Virus record (IMG/VR): IMGVR_UViG_3300037631_000215
Coordinates: 1-24,115 of that record
Source of the DNA: a virus
Taxonomy: Duplodnaviria; Caudoviricetes
Direction: 5' to 3' (one strand)
DNA length: 24,115 nt
Part shown: piece by piece, positions 18,045 through 24,115 of the stretch
Numbering within the stretch: position 1 is the first letter of the stretch
Layout: each line of letters starts with the position of its first letter
The notes under the pieces: generated by a model
Databases searched by the model: none
Told to the model about the DNA's origin: nothing
The model's input: only the letters and a program-made list of their open reading frames with translations
Made by a program: the position numbers and the translations under genes

Positions 18045-18454
18045 CACGCTTTCCTTATTGTGAGTGCGAACTCTGCGTCTACGTTCAAGCCCTTTGGCAG
18101 AAGGTCTGGGTTCTCTTCCAAGAACTCCCGTACGTTCTTCTGGTTCAGGCGCTTATCCAAGAACTCAGGCACACCATGCTCAAGAATGAACTCGTGCATG
18201 TGCTCCCAATCGCTAGTCCAATACTTCTGCTTAACCGTACGGTAAAACGTACCAGCATCGGTCTTGACGCTTTTGATGTCGTTCTCTTTCAAGTAACTCA
18301 GTAGCGCACTCTTTATTTTATTTTGCTGATTGACTAGCTTGTCATCAGCCTCCTTAAATTCCGCAGATAGGCGTTCCCGTTCAGCCTTAATCTTGAGGTA
18401 AACCCCAGTCATCTTGCCTAGCGGCACACCGTCTACGTCTTTTGCATCAGCCAT
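18044..18454 (-). CDS. Conserved hypothetical phage protein (N-terminal coiled coil)
   Basis: 136 aa with RBS GGAAGGA at 18463-18469 (- strand), in operon context in the replication module. Confidence 0.75.
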   Translation of the reverse strand: MADAKDVDGVPLGKMTGVYLKIKAERERLSAEFKEADDKLVNQQNKIKSALLSYLKENDIKSVKTDAGTFYRTVKQKYWTSDWEHMHEFILEHGVPEFLDKRLNQKNVREFLEENPDLLPKGLNVDAEFALTIRKA

Positions 18455-18484
18455 GATCTTCGTCCTTCCATTGCCGAGAAAGGT

Positions 18485-18513
18485 AATATAGTGGTAGGTA
18501 ATGGCTTAATCAA
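18485..18513 (-). promoter_or_regulatory. Putative sigma70 promoter TTGATT-N17-TATATT
   Basis: -35 TTGATT (18513-18508), 17-nt spacer, -10 TATATT (18490-18485), at the intergenic gap ahead of the HTH/SSB/primase genes. Confidence 0.6.
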
Positions 18514-20044
18514 GTATTTCTTTGTAAAGGTCGATAATTTTTGTATGTGTGTCTATTTTGTTATCTAGTAATGCGTACACACGCTTTTCTATGTGAGATC
18601 CTTGTAACTGTACCACTGTGCACTTATGGTCTTGCCCCGCTCTGTGGATGCGAGCGTTAGCCTGTGCGTATGTTTCTACCGAACTGGTTGGCCCCCACCA
18701 TACGATTGTATTGGCAGCGGTCAGCGTAACGCCGTGTGCCGCAGCCTGCGGTTGGATGACCAGCACCCGTGGGTTGTCCGTCTCTTGGAACTCCTTGAAT
18801 ATGCGCGTCCGCTCTGTGGCACTGACAGCCCCACTAATGACTTCGGTAGGTATCTTGTCCTTGCGTAGCTTGTCAGTAAGTAGCTGGATCGTATGCTTGA
18901 ACGGCACGAACACGAGTACCTTTTTGCTGGACTCGTCGATTACCTCACGCAGTACCTTGTATCGGTGCTTGATGTCGAACTCCACCACCTCTTTGTCATC
19001 GGTGTACACCGCACCAGAGCTTATTTGCAGTAGCTTGTTCATGTTGACCGCCGCTGTAGCTGCCGTGACTGTCTCTTCCGCAGCCTCCATGACCATGCGG
19101 TTCTTCAGTTCTTTGTAATACTTCTCTTGCTGACGAGTCAGCGGTACCTCACGGGTTGTATACACGATGTCAGGTAGGTCAAGACACTCTTCCTTGGTAA
19201 ACCGTATCGCCGGTTGCAGTGCACTAAATACTGTCTCGGTGGCATCGGGCTTGGGCACCCACTTGAAGTTAGTCACTTTGTACATGACCTGATCGCGGAA
19301 CGAGCCAAAGAAGCGTGGCACAGCTTTCGGGTTAACAAGTTTAGCCAGACCGTACGCATCCAGCGGACTCTGTGCAGCGGGTGTACCCGTCATCATCCAC
19401 AGCCACGTATCAGGGCTGAGTAGCTTGTTGAGTGTCTTCCACCTGTCAGTCTGGGCATTCTTGTAGTGCGTGGCTTCATCTACAATCACTAGGTCAAACC
19501 CACCGTTGGCTATGGCGTCCGCCACGATTGCTACACCGTCGTAATTTATTATCACGAACTCCGCATCGCTTTCGATTACAGCGGCTCTCTTCTTTGCCGA
19601 ACCATGAGCCACGTCTACCTTGCGGTGCATAGCAAAACTAAACAGGTCTTCTCGCCACGCCGAATCCATAATAGATAGAGGGCAGATGACCAGAACACGT
19701 TTGATACGGCCTTGCCTCATCAGGAAGTCCGCTGCCCAGATAGCACTAGCGGTCTTGCCTGTACCCTGCTCGTTGAAACAGAACGCACGTTTGTTGAGTG
19801 TCAGGAACCCTGCCGTGGTCTTCTGATGCTCGAACGGTTTGTACTTGCCCGTCCATTTATACTTACCTTCGATGGGCGATGGCGCTTTTATGTTTAGATT
19901 CTTGAGTACGTGAGCCTCGTCTACGCCCCAGTTAACCACCACACGGTTACCTGATAATTCCTTACTCTTTGGTATGACCTCGGTAACTTTCCGTGGATCA
20001 CGTAGCCGCAGTAGCAGCGCCTTGTTATCTATTACTTTCACCAC
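18506..20044 (-). CDS. SNF2-family (SF2) DNA helicase
   Basis: Motifs EQGTGKT, VICPLS, IVDEATH, MTGTP, GVTLT and QANARIHRAGQ. Confidence 0.92.
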   Translation of the reverse strand: MVKVIDNKALLLRLRDPRKVTEVIPKSKELSGNRVVVNWGVDEAHVLKNLNIKAPSPIEGKYKWTGKYKPFEHQKTTAGFLTLNKRAFCFNEQGTGKTASAIWAADFLMRQGRIKRVLVICPLSIMDSAWREDLFSFAMHRKVDVAHGSAKKRAAVIESDAEFVIINYDGVAIVADAIANGGFDLVIVDEATHYKNAQTDRWKTLNKLLSPDTWLWMMTGTPAAQSPLDAYGLAKLVNPKAVPRFFGSFRDQVMYKVTNFKWVPKPDATETVFSALQPAIRFTKEECLDLPDIVYTTREVPLTRQQEKYYKELKNRMVMEAAEETVTAATAAVNMNKLLQISSGAVYTDDKEVVEFDIKHRYKVLREVIDESSKKVLVFVPFKHTIQLLTDKLRKDKIPTEVISGAVSATERTRIFKEFQETDNPRVLVIQPQAAAHGVTLTAANTIVWWGPTSSVETYAQANARIHRAGQDHKCTVVQLQGSHIEKRVYALLDNKIDTHTKIIDLYKEILD

Positions 20045-20262
20045 TAGGACTCCGGCTTAAATAGAACAAGTTGGTGTTTAGCCAAAGCATTCAAGAGTTC
20101 AAAGAAAGAATCTGCACCAAGCCCATTTATGTTATGTATATCTTTTGCAGTCCACTCAGCCAAGTCGCTTACATATTCAATGCCCCTACCCCCTAAACAG
20201 TTTCGTGTGCGTGCATTAAGGCTTAACTCCTGTATACGCATCTCTGTCTTGATTGAATTCAT
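20044..20262 (-). CDS. Stand-alone RNA polymerase alpha subunit C-terminal domain (alpha-CTD)-like protein
   Basis: IQELSLNARTRNCL...IEYVSDL...NGLGADSFFEL aligns without gaps to E. coli RpoA VDDLELTVRSANCL...IHYIGDL...PNLGKKSLTEI (recalled sequence). A duplicated GGAGAAC RBS lies upstream. Confidence 0.85.
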   Translation of the reverse strand: MNSIKTEMRIQELSLNARTRNCLGGRGIEYVSDLAEWTAKDIHNINGLGADSFFELLNALAKHQLVLFKPES

Positions 20263-20283
20263 TTGTTCTCCGTTCTCCCATGC

Positions 20284-20481
20284 AAAAAAGCGCGAAGTGG
20301 GTGTCCACTACACGCGGTTAAAAACCCCGCCTTCGGTCACACGGACGGGAACGTGTGCAAAAAACCGCCTAATGACTATAGGAACTGCAAACCGGTAAGG
20401 CATCAGACGGCTGACCTAAAAAGTCCCGCCATACGACCACACCGGACGGGAACGGTGCCAACAGGCAGGAAGTGCCTTGGC
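20284..20481 (-). ncRNA. Putative structured RNA array: two pseudoknot repeats alternating with hairpins, each followed by U5-6
   Basis: Identical 12-mer cggacgggaacg at 20342-20353 and 20443-20454 inside covarying stems. The loops are complementary to downstream GGCGGG. G-U pairs and U-tracts indicate the - strand. Confidence 0.6.
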
Positions 20482-20583
20482 CTAAACTGTTATCGCTAAA
20501 GTAAGAACTAAAGACAGTACGTTGATCGCCACGATAATGCCGATACCGACCAGTATGCCTGTCTTTATATCTTCCTTACTCAC
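20482..20583 (-). CDS. 33-aa single-pass membrane peptide (below the ORF-track cutoff)
   Basis: GTG start overlaps the HNH stop (GTGA). It translates as MSKEDIKTGILVGIGIIVAINVLSLVLTLAITV*. Confidence 0.6.
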   Translation of the reverse strand: MSKEDIKTGILVGIGIIVAINVLSLVLTLAITV

Positions 20584-20879
20584 TGTCTACGTCGAGGTCT
20601 ATGCCCCGCTTTCTTGGGCTTCTGCCCGTTACGGCTGCGATTAGCGCTCTTGCTCTCTATACGCACGCCGTCTTTGTTGCTGCCACCCTTACTCAACATC
20701 TTGTTGTGGCTGACATCCTTACCTTCCCGCTTATCCGCTCTGCCATCTTTGTTAGCATCACGCCCTACCTTATCCATAGCACGCCTAGCACGTTGCCTCT
20801 CCATTCGGGCTTCGTGTGCAGGGCTACCCACTGGCGGGTTCTTCTGCTTCTTACGGTCTGCTTTGTTCTTGTACGGCAT
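20580..20879 (-). CDS. HNH-like small basic endonuclease
   Basis: KDVSH....SKGGSN....RIES.SANRSRN matches a beta-beta-alpha-Me-like pattern. The likely start is ATG 20879, coupled to the upstream stop (TAATG). Confidence 0.65.
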   Translation of the reverse strand: MPYKNKADRKKQKNPPVGSPAHEARMERQRARRAMDKVGRDANKDGRADKREGKDVSHNKMLSKGGSNKDGVRIESKSANRSRNGQKPKKAGHRPRRRQ

Positions 20880-21550
20880 TAGTTCTTTCCGTTGTGCGGA
20901 CATTCCAACACTGGGCACCATGCTTTACACAGTCCGCTGGGGTTGGGGTTCCACGTATCGTTCTCAAAAGCTGTTTCCATGTCGCTGTATTTACTCAGCC
21001 ACTTAGTCCACATCTTCTCCTCTTCCTCTATGGTGTAGCGATCCCTTATCAGGTCGTTACTTACCACAAACAACAGCCCAGCCCGAACGGTCTCCACTTC
21101 GGGGTAGTGCTTGAAGGTAGCCAAAGCCATAAGCTCTAGCTGCCCTTTGTCAGCATATCTTGCCGACTTGCCGGTCTTGTAGTCAATCACCCATGCAAGG
21201 TTGTCCTCGCGGTTCAAGATCACAAGATCGGCAATGCCTCGGAACCAAACATCATCAGCAAAGAAGCTACACGCTTCCAGATCCTTGGTCAGTCCCATCT
21301 TGATCTCGCACAGCTTCTCGCCTTTCTTGGCGTTCAGTGCATCTAGCATACCCTGTGCGTAGCTAAACCGTGGGTCAAGTTCACCACCGTCGCGGATGTA
21401 TTCTTCCGCAGCTTCGTGAAAAGCTGTTCCATACAACGTAGCCTCAGACTCCTTGAACGGGTACTGCTTGAGCACCTTCTCATGGTAGAACTGCTTAGGG
21501 CATTGCTGGAATGCCTTGATCTTACTGAACGACCACGGTGCTATGCTCAT
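20879..21550 (-). CDS. PD-(D/E)XK exonuclease, Cas4/RecB-like
   Basis: WSFS....QQCP, GTAFH, RGIADL, VIDYKTGK, QL..A and C-terminal CKAWCPVLEC (Cys cluster). Confidence 0.88.
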   Translation of the reverse strand: MSIAPWSFSKIKAFQQCPKQFYHEKVLKQYPFKESEATLYGTAFHEAAEEYIRDGGELDPRFSYAQGMLDALNAKKGEKLCEIKMGLTKDLEACSFFADDVWFRGIADLVILNREDNLAWVIDYKTGKSARYADKGQLELMALATFKHYPEVETVRAGLLFVVSNDLIRDRYTIEEEEKMWTKWLSKYSDMETAFENDTWNPNPSGLCKAWCPVLECPHNGKN

Positions 21551-21735
21551 GGAGAATCAAGTATCAGATTTAATTCACGTAACTCAGCTATAAGTAGTGC
21601 CATGAGAGCGTGGTCAAATGTTATATCTCTATTGTTCATGACTTCTTGTACATATGTCGCATCGTCTATAACGGCATCAGCGTTGTCGCGTCGCACTAGC
21701 TTTCGCTGCTCTTCCCGTTCGTGGTAACTCATCAT
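21547..21735 (-). CDS. Hypothetical protein
   Basis: 62 aa, with ATGA overlaps at both ends with its neighbours. Confidence 0.65.
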   Translation of the reverse strand: MMSYHEREEQRKLVRRDNADAVIDDATYVQEVMNNRDITFDHALMALLIAELRELNLILDSP

Positions 21736-23564
21736 TCACAGTCTCCATATGCGTATGCCATACCACTCTCACATTCAAGTGGTAACCCCTTAGCCCATGT
21801 CGGGACGTACCTCATGCACTTCTCGACGTACTGCTGGGCTTCTTCTGCTTCAGACTCAGGTACACATGCGATAACTGAGTCGTGAACTGTTAGTACCGCT
21901 CGGTACTTATTATTTATTAGTAACATCTGATCGCCTATCACACAACGTGCTAAGGCTTGGCAGACATTCTCTATCACCTTCCCACCGTAGATCCGCGTTC
22001 GGCCTCGGCGTGTCCTGTAACTATACTCCGTCCCCTGCGAGTTTTGCTCTCCCTTGAGATCCTCATAACGCATTAAGAGCTTAGAAGGTAGACGTATAGA
22101 TTCCCGGTTTCCTATAACTTCAACCACACCCTTCTTACCAAACTGATAAGTTTCACCGTTCGCCATACGCGAGACCATGTTCTGAGCTTCACGCCACACA
22201 TGGCTGATCTTCCAATTCGCATTGCGGTAGATTTCGATGATACGCCGTGCTTCATCAAGTGATATGTCCGTACCAAATGACTTCAACTGCGCCTGAAACT
22301 TCACTGCACCCATGCCGTAACCAGCACCGAGGATCGTAGTCTTACCCACGAACCGCTGATCCTTCGTTATCTGGTCTTCGGGCACTTCATAGATCCGTGC
22401 CGCCATTTTGATGTACACGTCTTCCTTTTTACGGAACGCATCGGTCAAGTCATCCTGCCCAGCGAACCACGCCAACACCCGTGCCTCAATCTGCGACGAG
22501 TCACAGTCTATAAGTATGTGGCCTTCGGGAGCGACGATACTTCTCTTTAACATCTTACCGTTTGGCCCACGGCTCGGTAGGTTTTGCAGGTTGATCTTGT
22601 CATCCCCACCCCACCTGCCAGTGTGTGCCGCATAGTATCGCACAGGAACCGGCAGAGTTCCGCGATTGGATATGTCAATGAACCGCTGGGTACGGGTCTC
22701 TTCCAACGTGCTTTTGTTACCCAACCTAGCAGCGACTAGCGCCTGCACTTCTGAGTTCTCGTGCTCGGCAAGAGCTTTGAACCCTTCATCAGTCTTGGCG
22801 AATGCGTAGGCTTCTTTTTCTGTGGTGGGGCTGATCTTGGTGGGCGGCTCAACGCCTTTAGATCTGAGTAGGTCGGCAAATTTGTCGTTACTCATCAGCT
22901 CTTTCTTGTCGGTCACGCCAGCAGCACATAACAACTTATCTTTATGTTCTTTGATCTTCTCAAGATGTTGGCCCAGTAAGTCTTGATCTAGCTCCAACAT
23001 AGGATGTATGAACATACGTAACGTACAGTCAATGATCCTGAGTTCTTTCTTAGGGAACCCCTGCTTCATAAAGATGCTAAACAGCTTATAGGTAAGCTCT
23101 ACGTCGTTGATGCAGTAGTCACCGTAACGATCTAGCTCATCGTCAGTAAAGTCTAGGCGGCGTTTGTCCAGCGCGTTGAGTATCTCAGTACCCTTGGCAC
23201 CTACGTTGTATCGTTCCGCAAGCGCCTTGAGACTTCCACCAACCTCCACCCCATGTACAGCACGGGCAATGCAAAGAGTATCAACCCAAACCCGAGGGCG
23301 AATATCAAATAGCCAAGATAATATAGCGCCATCGAACATAGTGTTGTGAGCCAGCACCATGCTGTTAGCCCAGTCAAACTCGTCGAAGTACCCTTTAAGT
23401 TCTTCATGCGTGCCTGATGCCCATTCGGTGTTGCCATTGTTTACCTTCACCCCCACACCTACGATCTCAAAACGAGGGTCGCGGATGTATTCTTCGGTTG
23501 TCATCTTAGTCAGAGAGAAGTCTTTACTATAATACGTCTCGAAGTCGAGCGTTATTAAGTCCAT
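21732..23564 (-). CDS. polA: Phage family A DNA polymerase with 3'-5' exonuclease domain
   Basis: ExoI LDFET, ExoII AHNTMFD, ExoIII YCINDV; TGRW and NLQNLP; motif A DSSQIEAR, motif B RFVGKTTILGAGYG, motif C VHDS. Confidence 0.93.
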   Translation of the reverse strand: MDLITLDFETYYSKDFSLTKMTTEEYIRDPRFEIVGVGVKVNNGNTEWASGTHEELKGYFDEFDWANSMVLAHNTMFDGAILSWLFDIRPRVWVDTLCIARAVHGVEVGGSLKALAERYNVGAKGTEILNALDKRRLDFTDDELDRYGDYCINDVELTYKLFSIFMKQGFPKKELRIIDCTLRMFIHPMLELDQDLLGQHLEKIKEHKDKLLCAAGVTDKKELMSNDKFADLLRSKGVEPPTKISPTTEKEAYAFAKTDEGFKALAEHENSEVQALVAARLGNKSTLEETRTQRFIDISNRGTLPVPVRYYAAHTGRWGGDDKINLQNLPSRGPNGKMLKRSIVAPEGHILIDCDSSQIEARVLAWFAGQDDLTDAFRKKEDVYIKMAARIYEVPEDQITKDQRFVGKTTILGAGYGMGAVKFQAQLKSFGTDISLDEARRIIEIYRNANWKISHVWREAQNMVSRMANGETYQFGKKGVVEVIGNRESIRLPSKLLMRYEDLKGEQNSQGTEYSYRTRRGRTRIYGGKVIENVCQALARCVIGDQMLLINNKYRAVLTVHDSVIACVPESEAEEAQQYVEKCMRYVPTWAKGLPLECESGMAYAYGDCE

Positions 23565-23821
23565 GATTTACCGTCCTTTTCTGTCAGCCAGATGCGGTGC
23601 TCGCCGTCGTTGCTGATCTTACGGCTCGTGATGTTCCAGCCCCTACGTCTGGCAGATATGCGGAACGCACGTACCTTGTGCCCGTAGGGATCATGCACGA
23701 CAAACGAATCCCCCAAAGACATACGCTCTAACGTGTCTTCATAAAGGCGCTGATGCTTGTATTGCTTATCAAACAGCAGCACCCCTTTTTCGATCACGAT
23801 TTCTTCTAAGTCATCGCTCAC
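23555..23821 (-). CDS. Small hypothetical phage protein (MxxGDSF.V...RIW type)
   Basis: 88 aa, overlaps both neighbours, and shares a motif with 12893..13120. Confidence 0.7.
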   Translation of the reverse strand: MSDDLEEIVIEKGVLLFDKQYKHQRLYEDTLERMSLGDSFVVHDPYGHKVRAFRISARRRGWNITSRKISNDGEHRIWLTEKDGKSWT

Positions 23822-24000
23822 TCTGTTTCCTTTTCTACAACACGGGTGACAATCACGTCAGTAGTGGTGGGTTTGCGTAGCCAATTGCCCCAAGTGCCAC
23901 GGTCATCTATGATGGCAAACCGTGCCTCCTCGTCGTTCTTGGCCTCTACTATCACCTGACGCTCCACAGTCTCCGAAAAAACTACAACAAACTTCTTCAT
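23818..24000 (-). CDS. Hypothetical protein
   Basis: 60 aa with a VIVEAKNDEEA beta-alpha motif common in small phage proteins. It starts just after the upstream stop. Confidence 0.65.
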   Translation of the reverse strand: MKKFVVVFSETVERQVIVEAKNDEEARFAIIDDRGTWGNWLRKPTTTDVIVTRVVEKETE

Positions 24001-24001
24001 C

Positions 24002-24115
24002 TCAACCCCCTAGACGTTTGATCTCGGCGTCGATGTAGAACCGGATCTTCTTCGCATCGCGTAGCTCGTCGCTGTGAGACGCCTCACCCATGCGGTAACA
24101 CGCACGGAATATCTC
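24002..24115 (-). CDS. 3' end of a DUF3310-like phage protein (truncated by the window edge)
   Basis: Open frame EIFRACYRMGEASHSDELRDAKKIRFYIDAEIKRLGG*, resembling the DUF3310 C-terminal 'Y..R.G.K....DL.KA.WY' pattern. Confidence 0.55.
   Translation of the reverse strand, partial: EIFRACYRMGEASHSDELRDAKKIRFYIDAEIKRLGG

Noticed and set aside
20263-20499. 78-aa + strand ORF spanning the structured intergenic region
   Set aside because: It opposes the operon direction, has a TTG start and is not protein-like. The region is better explained as - strand structured RNA.
20320-21550. Possible mini-CRISPR (repeats near a Cas4-like gene)
   Set aside because: There are only two imperfect repeats, the intervening sequence is itself structured, and no cas1/cas2 is present. 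Cas4-like nucleases are routine in phage replication modules.
12945-23349. + strand ORFs opposite the replication genes (e.g. 16398..16814, 18618..19118, 20614..21006)
   Set aside because: They are antisense shadows of well-supported - strand genes.
1-24115. tRNA, rRNA, integrase, transposase, intron or intein
   Set aside because: I saw no tRNA cloverleaf with T/D-loop consensus, no recombinase motifs and no interruptions in the polymerase or helicase genes (by eye only).

Overview
This is a 24 kb fragment of a tailed dsDNA bacteriophage (or prophage), probably podovirus-like with a proteobacterial host (inferred from gene content only). Two convergent modules meet at a terminator-like hairpin near 12.8 kb. 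The + strand (1-12790) carries five tightly coupled genes for probable internal virion/DNA-ejection (cargo) proteins, ending in a 2085-aa polyvalent-type protein with a zincin HExxH motif. The - strand (12893-24115) carries a replication/early module: family A DNA polymerase (Leu762 type), Cas4-like PD-(D/E)XK nuclease, HNH-like protein, a stand-alone RNA polymerase alpha-CTD homolog, SNF2 helicase, HTH proteins, two probable ssDNA-binding proteins and an AEP primase-DUF927 helicase. Five observations stand out. (1) A ~200-nt non-coding array of two covarying H-type pseudoknots alternating with hairpins, each ending in a U-tract, lies directly upstream of the alpha-CTD gene. (2) The alpha-CTD protein has altered DNA-contact residues. 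(3) A probably real overprinted 70-aa gene with its own RBS is nested in the giant virion gene. (4) A hydrophobic-[AEQ]-x-G-G motif is shared across the cargo proteins. (5) A three-way-junction element with GCCGA loops before the primase gene has complementary sites next to it and at a sigma70-like promoter 2.1 kb away. All family assignments come from motif recognition by eye; no database searches were run.
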